Positions 52,170 through 62,830 of a stretch of DNA of 64,000 nt are shown here, in pieces (the stretch's first letter is position 1; each line of letters opens with the position of its first letter). Source of the DNA: Promethearchaeota archaeon Loki_b32 (GTDB lineage: Archaea; Asgardarchaeota; Lokiarchaeia; Sigyniarchaeales; SOKP01). A program made the position numbers and the translations under genes. The stretch lies in assembly GCA_005223125.1 (NCBI GenBank), contig NJBH01000014.1, forward strand, positions 26,202 through 90,201, given 5' to 3'. The notes beneath the pieces are model-generated. The model was not told the origin of the DNA. It was given only the letters and a program-made list of their open reading frames with translations, and ran no database searches.

Positions 52170-55100
52170 ATGGGCTGGAAGAAAATAGATAAGATAATCT
52201 CAAAATCTGTTGCTATTATAATAATTGGACTTGTAATATGCTCTTTTTCTATAATCAAAATCAATATTAATAGAAATAGAGGTGATTATTTTTCAGAAAC
52301 ACCGGATAATTTGAAAATCTCGTCGGATACTGAACCTAACAATGATTTCAATAATGCTGTTGAGGTTTATTCGGGAGATGAGTGGAGTGGTTCTGTAGAT
52401 TATACTGATGATCCTAATGATTATTATAAAATATATTTAGAATCATTACAAATTTTAGAAATTATTTTTGATTCCAGTGACTATCATAACTTATATATCT
52501 ACAATCCAGATTTAGAATATGTTTATTCTACCATGTGTGATCATTATTCTTTAGCAAATATCAGTTGGACGGCAAATGATGACGGATATCATTACATAAG
52601 GATTGGTTATGATATTGGCAATAGTTATACTATGAATGTCTCGATACCTGGTTTTGAAGTTGGTATTACACATCCAAAAGATATAAGTTATAAATATGGT
52701 AATGTTGGTAATGTTATCACTTGGAAAATTATTGATTATGATATAGGAACCACAAACTACACCATTAAGTATAATAGTGTTGTTAAAGAATCAGGTTCTT
52801 GGTCATCAGGAGTTATAATTAATCATAGTATTGATGGACTACTTTGTGGAATATATAATATTACAATTGAAGCTAATGATGGAAAGGGGGATCTTTATTC
52901 TGATAGTGTAGATGTTTATGTAGGTTTTGATATTGAAAGTAACGATAACTTTAATGAGGCTGTTGAAGTTCTTCCTGATATTGAGTGGTCAGGAGAAGCA
53001 AATTATGATGATTATGATTATTATAAGATTTATCTAGATCTGCTACAAATTCTTGAATTAAGATTTGAATATAAAAGTGGAATGGATCCTGTTGAGATTA
53101 TGATATATGATCCAACTCAGGAGTTATTAAATGAGACAATTGTTAGTTCCGGTAATGCAAGTCTGAAAATCGTGGCTATTCTGGAAGGATATTATTATTT
53201 TAGGGTATTTCCTTGGTATGAGGTTTATTATAATTTAACAGCTATAATCCCGGGTGAGGTTAATGGGCTCATTATTCCAGCTGAAAGTTTTTCTTATGAA
53301 TATGGGACTGAAGGAAATACCATAATATGGAAGATAATAGATAAAAATGTGGGAGGAACAACATATTCTATTAAGCACGACAGTATAATCAATGAGACAG
53401 GTTCTTGGACATCAAACGTTGATATAGTTCATGATATTGATGGACTGAGTTTAGGAAGCCATAATATTTCAATCGAGGCTAATGATGGACAAGATGATTT
53501 TTATTTTGATAATGTATCCGTTAATGTATTTAATAAGGCTCCAATGATAGATTATCAAGGCAATACCACAATAATTAAAGGAAGTCAAGGAAATTATCTA
53601 AAATGGAACATTTCTGATTATAGTATTAATCCTTCTAACGCTTCTTACGTAGTATATCAAAATTCAAGTTTAATATTGAATAACACATTACAAAAAGGGA
53701 TTAATATCATTACATACCCAATAGATAATTTAACTGTGGGAAATTACGAGTTCAATTTAACTGTAAATGACGGATTAGGGATTCATAACGAGTGTGCTGA
53801 GGATATAGTTAATATCCAAATGATAAAAAATACCAATATTTCAATTAATTCTCCTAGTAATATAACATATGAACACTATGATACAGGAAATACTATATTA
53901 TGGAACATTACAGATGTTACAACAATTAACCCCACATTTATAATTTATCATGAAGGAATAGAAAATCAATCAGGAACGTGGCAATCTGGTGTAATTGTTG
54001 AACATTCCGTAGATGGATTTGATATTGGAGTCTATAATATTAGTATTAGTGCATTCGATGGGTGCGGATTAAATATAACTAGCTGGGTTTTAGTAAATGT
54101 GACTCCTTGTATTGATCCGATTTTATTCCCTCCAGTACCTGAAGAGGTGTATTTACTAGGAAAACCATTGAATTTGCAATGGACTGTAATAGATGATACT
54201 ATAAACTCATCGTATACAAATTATAGTATTTATCACAAAGGAATCTTGAATAAGACAGGATCTTGGCAATCCCAGGACATTATTATAGATGATGGTTATA
54301 TTAATACTCCTGGAATATGCAATATTACTATAATTGTTTTTGATGGATTAGGAAGAAATGCTTCTGATTCATTTAATGTCACCATACTTCAACCAAATAA
54401 TAATCAATGGCAATATTTAACTGCTGGGAGCCATGTATTATGGTGTGCTGATTCTAATAAAATATATATAAAAATGACATTAACAAGTACTGGTTATTGT
54501 TCAGTTAAAATTAATGGAAGTATATATGATCCATTTTCAACTTCTTTTGATAATGGATTGCTCTATTTTTCAGTAGAAGTGATTAATTCCTCAAATTTGG
54601 TTTTTCCAGTAACGACACGATTTTATATCCCAGCATCGATTTTAGGTAGTTATCCCCGAGGAAATCTTACATTATATCACTATAATGGAACTGATTGGGA
54701 AGGGATTCCCGATATTGAACTAAATTTTCCTTCTGATGAGAACTGGATGGAATACAACTGTCCTTCATTTTCTGTTTATGCATTAGGATTAAAATCCTCC
54801 ACTTCAAATGGGGATGGGGATGGAGATGATGATGGGGATGGAGATGATGATGGGGATGGAGATGATGATGGGGATGGAGATGGAGATGGAGATGGTTTAG
54901 CTGCTTTTTGGAATAATTATGGGGGGATAGTTTTAGGATTGTCTATCAGTATAGGAATTGGTTGTGTAATTGGCATTATTGTAGTAATTAAAACAGGTGC
55001 AATAGCAACATCGAACATAGACACAGCAAAAAGGTCATCAAAGAAATTGAGGAAAATCAAACATAAATTTGATATTAATAAATTAAAAAACTCTATACAA

Positions 55101-55397
55101 AAAATAAATGAGATAATTGATGAACTTTCAGAAGAACAAATAATTAAATTAACAAGGCAAATAAAGAAGATAATCAAAAAAATTATTGAAAAAGATAAAA
55201 AATCAATAGAAGAACTAGCTGGAGAATTAATTAAAAGTCATTTGTTAATCAAGAAGGATAATATAAAGAAAGCAGAAAAAAGAGCTAAAAAAGTCTTAAA
55301 GATTGCTGAAAAAGAAAATCATGATGTTATAATAAAAGAAGCAAATAATATAATTGAAAAGATTCATAATATATCAGAAAAGAGAGGCAAAGTATGA
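52170..55397 (+). CDS. Large cell-surface glycoprotein (PPC-like and Ig-like repeats, GD linker, C-terminal TM and Lys-rich tail)
   Basis: N-terminal signal anchor; EPNNDFNNA/ESNDNFNEA...DYYKI repeats; repeated GN.I.W.I.D...GSW...DG domains; many N-x-S/T sequons. Confidence 0.8.
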   Translation: MGWKKIDKIISKSVAIIIIGLVICSFSIIKININRNRGDYFSETPDNLKISSDTEPNNDFNNAVEVYSGDEWSGSVDYTDDPNDYYKIYLESLQILEIIFDSSDYHNLYIYNPDLEYVYSTMCDHYSLANISWTANDDGYHYIRIGYDIGNSYTMNVSIPGFEVGITHPKDISYKYGNVGNVITWKIIDYDIGTTNYTIKYNSVVKESGSWSSGVIINHSIDGLLCGIYNITIEANDGKGDLYSDSVDVYVGFDIESNDNFNEAVEVLPDIEWSGEANYDDYDYYKIYLDLLQILELRFEYKSGMDPVEIMIYDPTQELLNETIVSSGNASLKIVAILEGYYYFRVFPWYEVYYNLTAIIPGEVNGLIIPAESFSYEYGTEGNTIIWKIIDKNVGGTTYSIKHDSIINETGSWTSNVDIVHDIDGLSLGSHNISIEANDGQDDFYFDNVSVNVFNKAPMIDYQGNTTIIKGSQGNYLKWNISDYSINPSNASYVVYQNSSLILNNTLQKGINIITYPIDNLTVGNYEFNLTVNDGLGIHNECAEDIVNIQMIKNTNISINSPSNITYEHYDTGNTILWNITDVTTINPTFIIYHEGIENQSGTWQSGVIVEHSVDGFDIGVYNISISAFDGCGLNITSWVLVNVTPCIDPILFPPVPEEVYLLGKPLNLQWTVIDDTINSSYTNYSIYHKGILNKTGSWQSQDIIIDDGYINTPGICNITIIVFDGLGRNASDSFNVTILQPNNNQWQYLTAGSHVLWCADSNKIYIKMTLTSTGYCSVKINGSIYDPFSTSFDNGLLYFSVEVINSSNLVFPVTTRFYIPASILGSYPRGNLTLYHYNGTDWEGIPDIELNFPSDENWMEYNCPSFSVYALGLKSSTSNGDGDGDDDGDGDDDGDGDDDGDGDGDGDGLAAFWNNYGGIVLGLSISIGIGCVIGIIVVIKTGAIATSNIDTAKRSSKKLRKIKHKFDINKLKNSIQKINEIIDELSEEQIIKLTRQIKKIIKKIIEKDKKSIEELAGELIKSHLLIKKDNIKKAEKRAKKVLKIAEKENHDVIIKEANNIIEKIHNISEKRGKV
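54810..54896 (+). repeat. Gly-Asp tandem repeat (GGGGATGGAGATGATGAT x3 plus shorter GD units)
   Basis: Directly visible; encodes the GDGDGDDD... linker before the TM helix. Confidence 0.95.
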
Positions 55398-56107
55398 TAT
55401 CTAAAGCAGTAGATTATTTCCAAACAATCATGCAAACATTGGGAAAGTTAGAAAAACATTGGGATAAGTTGCCAGAGAAAGAGAAAGATCAAATAAAACA
55501 GACACTTAGTGGGTTAAAAAGTATTGCATTTAAGAAGATTCTTGAAAAAGTTAAATACAAGAAAATACAATTTGATAAATTATCTCTAGAGATCATTAAT
55601 TTAAAACAAAATAGAGAGCTCTCTTATGAACAATTGTTATCTCTTTTAAAGCAAATTATAGAAAATTCAAAAAAGAAGGAACAAAAGAAGATTATCGATT
55701 ACTGTCGAATTTTGATCTATGAATTATTAGCTAATATGAATATTGAAGGAATTGAAGCTCATAGAAAAGCTGTTGAAATAGATTCAGATTATATTGATGC
55801 TTGGAATGATTTAGGAACTGCGTGTACCCTTATTGGAGAATATGAAGAAGGATTGATAGCATTTAAAAAAGTATTAGAAACTAATTCCGAAGATAAGGAA
55901 CTATGGTATAATTTAGGATTAATTTATGATAATATTGAAGATTACAATGAGGCGATAAAATGTTTCAAAAAAGCCTTAGAGATAGATCCTAACAATAGAG
56001 CCATATGGAATAATATATCAAAAACTTTTGAGAAAATGGGTAATTTTAAAGAAGCAAGAAAGGCATACTTGAATAGTCTTGAAAGTAATACTTCTGATAA
56101 TCCATAG
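55394..56107 (+). CDS. TPR-repeat protein
   Basis: AWNDLG, LWYNLG...A...F.KALEIDP, IWNNIS; ATGA overlap with the upstream gene. Confidence 0.88.
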   Translation: MISKAVDYFQTIMQTLGKLEKHWDKLPEKEKDQIKQTLSGLKSIAFKKILEKVKYKKIQFDKLSLEIINLKQNRELSYEQLLSLLKQIIENSKKKEQKKIIDYCRILIYELLANMNIEGIEAHRKAVEIDSDYIDAWNDLGTACTLIGEYEEGLIAFKKVLETNSEDKELWYNLGLIYDNIEDYNEAIKCFKKALEIDPNNRAIWNNISKTFEKMGNFKEARKAYLNSLESNTSDNP

Positions 56108-56326
56108 ATTAGTGAATAATAATAATTTTTAATTGAATTTTATAGATCTACTAATTTAATTTAATAAAGAATAGATATCCTTTTTTTTACTCTTTTCATT
56201 GTAAAAAATGTTTTAAAATTCTAATTTTATTAAAGGATTAGAGCTACTTTATTATAATAAAGAAGAAATAAGAAAAATCATGTGTAAAAATCGAGTAATA
56301 ATAATGATAAGAGTAATAAACTAAGT

Positions 56327-56578
56327 TTAAGAGAAACTAGAGATCTTAGCTTGAATTACAGCATATTGAAGGTTCTTTAACATAGTACAAATTACCTCAT
56401 CATCATCGATTATACTAATTGAATTAAACTTATTGGAACGGTGCGGGTCGTTGATATATTCCACTTTCTTAATCCAATATTCAATAAGAAACGAATTCTC
56501 ACGGTATTTGGAATTTATCTTAGGAATCGAATGATTGTAATAGGAAAATACTGGCACATCAATTTTATAGCCTTTCAT
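56327..56578 (-). CDS. Hypothetical protein or gene fragment
   Basis: 83-aa ORF with no recognised motif. Confidence 0.3.
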   Translation of the reverse strand: MKGYKIDVPVFSYYNHSIPKINSKYRENSFLIEYWIKKVEYINDPHRSNKFNSISIIDDDEVICTMLKNLQYAVIQAKISSFS

Positions 56579-56708
56579 AGAAAGGAGTTCGAGAATTAAT
56601 TTTATTTATAAAAAAGATATGGGTGACCTTGTAATTTACAGCAAAGTTTGAGGTCTGGAGTCTCAAAAAATTAATTACAATTTTCTATAAATTCTACTCT
56701 CTTGAAAA

Positions 56709-56927
56709 TTATTTTGTGTCAATTCTTTTAATGCCACCTGATTTTTTGCCAAGCTCTTTATAAGAAACTCTCAAAAGGCTATCAACATAAAATGTTGATA
56801 ATTTATTACAAGATTTACAAACAATATACACTGGAGCAGGATATTGGCTAGAATTAATATCTTCCATTTCAATATCAAAAATAATTCTCTCTTCACAATG
56901 AGGACATGTGTTAAATCGAATTGGCAT
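56709..56927 (-). CDS. Small Zn-ribbon protein
   Basis: CPHC...YPAPVYI.CKSC...YVDS. Confidence 0.7.
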   Translation of the reverse strand: MPIRFNTCPHCEERIIFDIEMEDINSSQYPAPVYIVCKSCNKLSTFYVDSLLRVSYKELGKKSGGIKRIDTK

Positions 56928-57024
56928 AAAAATCAGATAATTCTCTTTTATAATAAATAGATTCTTATTTTTAAATTCTCATCTCCTATAATAATATAAA
57001 GCCAAAAAATTTTATATAAACTTA

Positions 57025-57618
57025 ATGTTTATGGAGTCGTTAGCAAGATTTTGCGAAAATTGCGGAAAATCTTTTACTCCACATAATTATAGGCAAAGAT
57101 ATTGCGATGTGAATTGCAGAAATAAGAAATACTATAATGATAATAAAGAAAGAATAAGTGAACAAAAAAAAAAATTTAGGGAAGATAATAAGGAAATCTT
57201 AAAAGAACAGAGAAAAAAATATACGAAAGATAATGAGGAAAAAATACGAGAATATCAAAAAAAATATTGGAAAGACAATAAGGAAAGATTAAAAGAATAT
57301 AATAAAAAATATTGGGAAGACAATAAAGAAAGAATAAAAAAACAAAAAAAAGAGTATATAGAAAATAATAAGGAAAAGATACGAGAACATAATAGAAGAT
57401 ATTATAGTGAGAATAAGCAAAAGTTAAGAGAATATCAAAAAAAATATAGGGAAGATAACAAGGAAAAAGTACGAGAATATCATAAAAAATTTAGAGAAGA
57501 CAATAAGGAAAGATTAAAAGAATATCATAAAAAATATTGGGAAGATAATAAAGAAAAAATACGAGAATATCAAAGAAAATATTATCATGAGAATAAAGAA
57601 AAAAATAATAAGAATTGA
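57025..57618 (+). CDS. Zn-finger plus 15-aa charged helical repeat protein
   Basis: CENCG.SF.P....Q.YC...C, then about 10 repeats of KKY(W/R)EDNKE(K/R)(I/L)(R/K)EY. Confidence 0.8.
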   Translation: MFMESLARFCENCGKSFTPHNYRQRYCDVNCRNKKYYNDNKERISEQKKKFREDNKEILKEQRKKYTKDNEEKIREYQKKYWKDNKERLKEYNKKYWEDNKERIKKQKKEYIENNKEKIREHNRRYYSENKQKLREYQKKYREDNKEKVREYHKKFREDNKERLKEYHKKYWEDNKEKIREYQRKYYHENKEKNNKN

Positions 57619-57786
57619 CTTTAGAATTGAATCTATATTTGAATTTTGTATTAAAAATCTTGATAAAATTACGGTTTTATCTTTCTTAAATATGGTACCA
57701 CAGTCAGGACAATGAAATTCTTCTAACTTGGAATTATAATGTGTATGCTTATGATTACAACTTGGGCAAAATACGTCTTTTTTTAT

Positions 57787-59934
57787 TTACGTTAATTTTT
57801 CAATCTCTTTGACAATACGAGAATATTTTTGTAAGCCATGAAATAGACTGAAAACAGAGATTCCTATAATTGCAACAATCATAACACTGGATGAAATAAG
57901 TATATAATCCATCATAGGTTTAGGTACTGAAAAATTAAAATCAGAATTATTAAAAGTATTTATATTATTAGCATAATCCCTTGTAACAATAAAGCAAGAG
58001 TAATCACCTGGAGTTAATTTCTCAGTGCTAATGGGAAATAATTCTTTATTTTCTTCAATACCATTTGATAATCCATAGTACTTATAATCGGTAAAATCAT
58101 TTTTAGATAAAAGAATATATACACTTTCTATCCCTGACATATTATCATGAGCTTCGATATTGAAAGTTGTTATATCCGAAGTTTTAGGATTCTTTGGGTT
58201 ACATTCTACGCCAAGCAACTGAGGTTTATTGTTATCTGGGAGTGAAGTAAAATTAAAATTTGATTGTATCAGATTATGTCCTGTAATTGTTACATTATAG
58301 AGTTCATTTGGTAGGGCAGGAAGGCGAAAACCCGCCAAACCACTTTCATCTGCATATACTGTTTGATATTTTCCATCAGGTCCTCTGAGATTTACTCGTG
58401 CATAAGGAACAATTATGCCATCAATATCTCTTATAGTTATTGAAACTAATTGACCTTCATAAATACTTTCAGTAAACGGATTGAATGCTGGTTTTGGCTT
58501 ATTAGTATAGATATCAAGTGAAGGATCGCCCAAAAGACAATAGGTTAAAATGTTTTTCCTTTCAAAATCAAAATCTGTTGATCCCTTTAATATGTCATTA
58601 CCAATTTTATAATAATCACTATTTATATATGAGACTTTAGAATCATAGAGAGCTTTCCCTTGCCGAAACTTTTTATTAAGGAAAAACTCTTTCCAAAATA
58701 ATTTTGCATTTCCACGATTCAACATTTCAAGATTAACATCATCAGTAAAATACCATGTAACTCTCAATGCTCCAATTACTCCAATCGCACCCCCAAGCTC
58801 CCTTTTCATGAGCCTTTCCCCTATATTATTATCGTTATAATCATAGCTAGAGGTTGAGCAAGCATCTAAGTAGACTAAAGACGGGCGATGTGTATTATTG
58901 CTTTTTATCGCATCATCGGAATAATAAGCTACTGTAGAAGGATTTTTATAATAAGCTGTTGGATTTCCATGACCTGCCATTAACACTGCGCTATAGCCCA
59001 TACCAAAAGATTCATTAAGTCTGTCTCGATTAAGAGTACCATCTTCTTCAACCAAATGAGTATAATTCACTTCATTTTTCGCATAATTGTTTATGATATA
59101 ATTTGTTAAACGACTCTCATATTCTCCATCAGGATCACCACCACTGGGATAATCAGATATTCCTCCCGCTAGTAGCATCCTATTCATCCAATCACCTACT
59201 TCTGGATTAGACTCATATTTCAGTGTTTTATTTACCATAATTTCGAGTTCATTAACATTATCTGCTGGAAGTCTCCCCACATAGACTTCGGGGATCCATG
59301 ATATTTCATCTAACCCATACAAGTTGTCTTGCGGAGCTTCTCCCCAATTTCCATCTCCATCACTATCCCAAGTACCATCAAGATCGGCATAATAATAATC
59401 TGTGGGTTTATATTCTTCCCCTCCAACAGTTTCAGTTCTGCTATCTCCCCATATTAAGACATCGGGATTATATACTTTTCTAATAGGAATTAGATCATCT
59501 TGAGCATCTCCTGCTAAAAGAACCCATCGAATATTTTCCTTGTCATAATATGATTTAATCATGTCTCGAATTCTTTCAGCATCGTCAACCCCTTCATATA
59601 AAGAGAAATTGCTTAAAATAATAGTTTTTACACCTATCTCATTTTTCCATTCCATCAATGGCTTAACAGCATCGATAAAATCAGTTCTATTTGGAGTTAT
59701 AATTAGCATTTCGATTTTGGGATTATACCAGCTATCGTTTAGTGTAGTATAGTCGATTTCCGGTAGAAATGATAAATCGATATCAGAAATATTATCAGAA
59801 GCTTTAATATTATAAAAGGGAGTAAATTTCTTGGTATTAGTCTTGACTGTTTTAAAATTATTACCAATTAATGAAAATAGAATTATTAGACCGATAATAA
59901 AACAAGTAATTTCTTTTATCCTAATTCTCTTCAT
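57787..59934 (-). CDS. Membrane-anchored C25 (gingipain-like) cysteine peptidase
   Basis: WVLLAGD, TDYYYADLDG, VGRLP, catalytic GHG and DACST, LLGDP; signal peptide and C-terminal TM. Confidence 0.92.
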   Translation of the reverse strand: MKRIRIKEITCFIIGLIILFSLIGNNFKTVKTNTKKFTPFYNIKASDNISDIDLSFLPEIDYTTLNDSWYNPKIEMLIITPNRTDFIDAVKPLMEWKNEIGVKTIILSNFSLYEGVDDAERIRDMIKSYYDKENIRWVLLAGDAQDDLIPIRKVYNPDVLIWGDSRTETVGGEEYKPTDYYYADLDGTWDSDGDGNWGEAPQDNLYGLDEISWIPEVYVGRLPADNVNELEIMVNKTLKYESNPEVGDWMNRMLLAGGISDYPSGGDPDGEYESRLTNYIINNYAKNEVNYTHLVEEDGTLNRDRLNESFGMGYSAVLMAGHGNPTAYYKNPSTVAYYSDDAIKSNNTHRPSLVYLDACSTSSYDYNDNNIGERLMKRELGGAIGVIGALRVTWYFTDDVNLEMLNRGNAKLFWKEFFLNKKFRQGKALYDSKVSYINSDYYKIGNDILKGSTDFDFERKNILTYCLLGDPSLDIYTNKPKPAFNPFTESIYEGQLVSITIRDIDGIIVPYARVNLRGPDGKYQTVYADESGLAGFRLPALPNELYNVTITGHNLIQSNFNFTSLPDNNKPQLLGVECNPKNPKTSDITTFNIEAHDNMSGIESVYILLSKNDFTDYKYYGLSNGIEENKELFPISTEKLTPGDYSCFIVTRDYANNINTFNNSDFNFSVPKPMMDYILISSSVMIVAIIGISVFSLFHGLQKYSRIVKEIEKLT

Positions 59935-60069
59935 TATAATATAATTAAAATAAAAAATTATTAAAATATAATAATTCTCACTAATATTTAAAAGAAAATA
60001 ATGTTATTTAATTTAGGAGCATATTAAGTAAACATCAAAATTACCAAAGAGATTTAGCTGAGAAATTAA

Positions 60070-60493
60070 ATGGAATCTATTATTATAACTTGTAATTATT
60101 GTGGAACAGCTTTTAGTCCCACATATAGACATCGGAAATATTGTTGTGATGAATGCAGAATAAAAAAAAAATCAAAATTATCATAAGAATTACCAAAAAA
60201 AGTACAAAGATAAATTAAAAAAATATAGTAAAAACTATTATGAAAAAAACCAAGATAAAATTTCCAATTATCTAAGAATTTATTACGAAAATAATAAAGA
60301 TAAATTTAAAGTCTATTATGAAAAGAACAATGAAAGGATAAAAGAACAACATAAAGATTATTATGATAGAAATAAAGATAAAATAAAAGAGAATAGCAAA
60401 AACCATTACGAAAAGAATAAGGAAAGGATAAAAGAACAACATAAAGACTATCGTAATAGAAATAAAGATAAAATAAAAGAGAATAGTAAATAA
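60070..60493 (+). pseudogene. Frameshifted paralog of the 57025 Zn-finger/charged-repeat protein
   Basis: MESIIITCNYCGTAFSPTYRHRKYCCDECRIKK, then an A10 tract (60162-60171). Removing one A continues NQNYHKNYQKKY...YYEKNNERIKEQHKDYYDRNKDKIKE... to TAA at 60491-60493. Confidence 0.85.
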
Positions 60494-60762
60494 ATCTTGA
60501 GTAGGATTAATTTTACAAATTCGGCAAATTAAGAGTCATTCTTTTACTGAGTGGGGTCTATTAAAATCATCATCGAATATTTATTTTCCGTCTACTACTC
60601 TTTTCATTTTGAATAGATAATAAAGTTTCTTAATTTAAATTTTGCGTATGGGAAGCAGCACTTAGAAAACGTGGGTTTTATATACTTTTTTTAAGTATTT
60701 AAATCTGGCTTATCTTCATCATTTTGATTCGAGTTTCTTACATTTGTCATTTTTAATTCTAA

Positions 60763-61206
60763 TTATACCTCCTGTCTATCTGTATAAACTTGTATATAAG
60801 AATGAAAAATGAAAACATCATAAATCTTGGATGTGTCCACACAAACAGTAATAAGTGAAATATCTCTATAATGGAACTCATCAAGGATTGAATCTTCATA
60901 CGCTCTCTCAAGTTGAACATTCATAAGATAATTCTTATCCCCATAGGCTTCTTCTAACTGCTCTTTTGTGAGAAAATAATTTTTGGTGCTTAAATCACTC
61001 CAATAATCTGAGTTCATTCTATATCTTTGTATATACTCCTCATGAGGTACCTTTTCAAAGACATCATCCACATCCTCTAGAACTAGTACTCCAACTGGAA
61101 TATCTGAATTTGTAACAGGGGCTAGATTCTTTACTGCTTGCAGTATCAAGGTCACCAATATCTTTTGGTGATACAGTTCACATTCAGATAAATCAATACA
61201 TACCAT
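60763..61206 (-). CDS. Hypothetical protein, probably a 5'-truncated fragment
   Basis: The frame extends upstream of the ATG (SLDLPEWLRQWENGK); Walker-B-like VLVLED but no Walker A. Confidence 0.45.
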   Translation of the reverse strand: MVCIDLSECELYHQKILVTLILQAVKNLAPVTNSDIPVGVLVLEDVDDVFEKVPHEEYIQRYRMNSDYWSDLSTKNYFLTKEQLEEAYGDKNYLMNVQLERAYEDSILDEFHYRDISLITVCVDTSKIYDVFIFHSYIQVYTDRQEV

Positions 61207-61290
61207 CTTTCCGTTTTCCCACTGTCTTAACCACTCAGGTAAATCTAAAGAAATCCATAAAATTCTTTTATAATTAAAATCTTTATATAT

Positions 61291-61378
61291 CTTTTCTAAT
61301 AGGCATACAAGTAGGTCTACAGGTTTTTATCGAAATATGAAAAAAATTATGCCTTGAGCTTTTTCTTTTCCGTAATAT
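61291..61378. repeat. ~88-bp dispersed direct repeat, copy 1
   Basis: Shares ttctaat..atacaagtaggtcta.ag.ttttt.tcgaaat.tgaaaaaaattatgccttgagct with 62831-62918. Confidence 0.85.
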
Positions 61379-61517
61379 GAATATACCGATTTTTATTTCA
61401 AATATCAATATGTATATATATCTCAATATTATTTTCCTGTAAAAATAATATATAATTTTATAAACTTTAAATTTATAGATGTTATTTTAGATATCAAGGA
61501 GCAAAAGTCAGTTAGAT

Positions 61518-62606
61518 GTGAACAAAATGAATTTAAAGGAACTTAAAGAGGTCATAAAGAAACATGAAGCGAAAGGAGAATATGATAAAATCATTCAGAT
61601 ACTTCAAGGTGTTTTAAAAAATAAAAAAATTGAAAAAGAAGTTAAAGAATTTGCAGACAATCAGATTAAAGAATTATTGTATGATCTTGCACAGGATAGT
61701 TTTGCTGATCTCGAATATGAAAAAGCTTTAGATTTCAGTTTAAAAGCCAAAGTATTTGATGAGAATTCTCAAAAACTTAAGAAATTAATAGGAAATTGTT
61801 ATTTTGAATTAGAAAATTACTCTGACTGCCTAGATTATTACCAGGATTATTTAAAAGATAATCCAAATGACGCTGAAATATTAAGAAATACAGGAATTTC
61901 AATTTTAGAGCATGGTCAGCTTGATAAGGCAAAAAATATCTTAGAAAGAGCTATTAAATTAGATCCTAATGATAGTTTAACTCTAGCTAAACTAGGAAGT
62001 TTATATTTAGATTTAGATGATTTAAAGAAAGCTATCAAATATTATGAGTTAGCATTAGAAAAAAGTATTAACAAATTTCCCATAGAATGGAGGAACCTGG
62101 GATATGCCTATCTTTCCTATGCGTTGTCTTTACTATTTATTGATGATGTAGATAAACCAATAGATATCTTAAGCAGAGCAAAAAAATACTATGATAAAGC
62201 TTTCGAAGAAGAGGAAAAGTGGCCTCATTCTATTGACCCAGACTTTGACACTTGGTTTGAATATGGCGAAATTAATTTCTATCTCGGAGATAGAGATACT
62301 GCAAAAAAATCATTCCTAAAAGCAAAATCAATAAGTCCTAATTTATGGGAATATTTCGAGGGTGATAAATTTTTTGATATGATGAAGGCTGATGAGAAAA
62401 TTATTCAAAAATTAATTCCTAAATATAATAAGAGCAAAAAAAAGAAAAAAAGATGTATATATTATTGTAAATTATGTAAAAGATCATATAAACCTTCAGA
62501 TTCTCTACAAAGAACATTTGATGGAAAATATCTTTGTCCTAAGCATGGAAATGAACTGGAAAAATATAATAATATTAGTTTCTTGCCAAATTTAAAAAAG
62601 GGATAG
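61518..62606 (+). CDS. TPR-repeat protein with a C-terminal Zn finger
   Basis: Multiple TPR units (LIGNCYF, LERAIKLDP, WRNLG, WFEYG); CKLC...CPKH at the C-terminus. Confidence 0.85.
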   Translation: MNKMNLKELKEVIKKHEAKGEYDKIIQILQGVLKNKKIEKEVKEFADNQIKELLYDLAQDSFADLEYEKALDFSLKAKVFDENSQKLKKLIGNCYFELENYSDCLDYYQDYLKDNPNDAEILRNTGISILEHGQLDKAKNILERAIKLDPNDSLTLAKLGSLYLDLDDLKKAIKYYELALEKSINKFPIEWRNLGYAYLSYALSLLFIDDVDKPIDILSRAKKYYDKAFEEEEKWPHSIDPDFDTWFEYGEINFYLGDRDTAKKSFLKAKSISPNLWEYFEGDKFFDMMKADEKIIQKLIPKYNKSKKKKKRCIYYCKLCKRSYKPSDSLQRTFDGKYLCPKHGNELEKYNNISFLPNLKKG

Positions 62607-62830
62607 AAATCTAAAATAATTAGGTTCATTAGTATAATATTTTATATGAAGTTTGTATCCTAGTCCATTTATAAAAATATGGACAAGATCTAATTATGAA
62701 TTCCTTAAGAAAATTATAAAATCACCAATATTCCGTTCTCAATATTTATAATCATAATCAACAATATTGAAAAATATACATGCTGAAAAAAAGTATTCAT
62801 ATATTTACATTAATTTTTATCTACATACCT

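Noticed and set aside
12459-55177. Short antisense or alternate-frame ORFs nested in long genes (e.g. 12459, 13494, 23389, 26100, 27701, 28033, 32394, 37632-38851, 42682, 43545, 44886, 45201, 48403, 50636, 50745, 54917)
   Set aside because: They are shadow ORFs of well-supported genes, with no motifs of their own.
56620-56682. Imperfect inverted repeats (GACCT...AGGTC; TTGTAATT...AATTACAA) as a possible ncRNA or MITE
   Set aside because: The stems are short in AT-rich DNA, and there is no second copy, target duplication or tRNA cloverleaf.
57120-57610. 45-nt periodic repeats as a possible CRISPR array
   Set aside because: The repeats are degenerate, in-frame and coding, with no unique spacers and no cas genes.
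59298-59752. Two plus-strand ORFs inside the C25 peptidase gene
   Set aside because: Antisense shadows of a strongly supported CDS.
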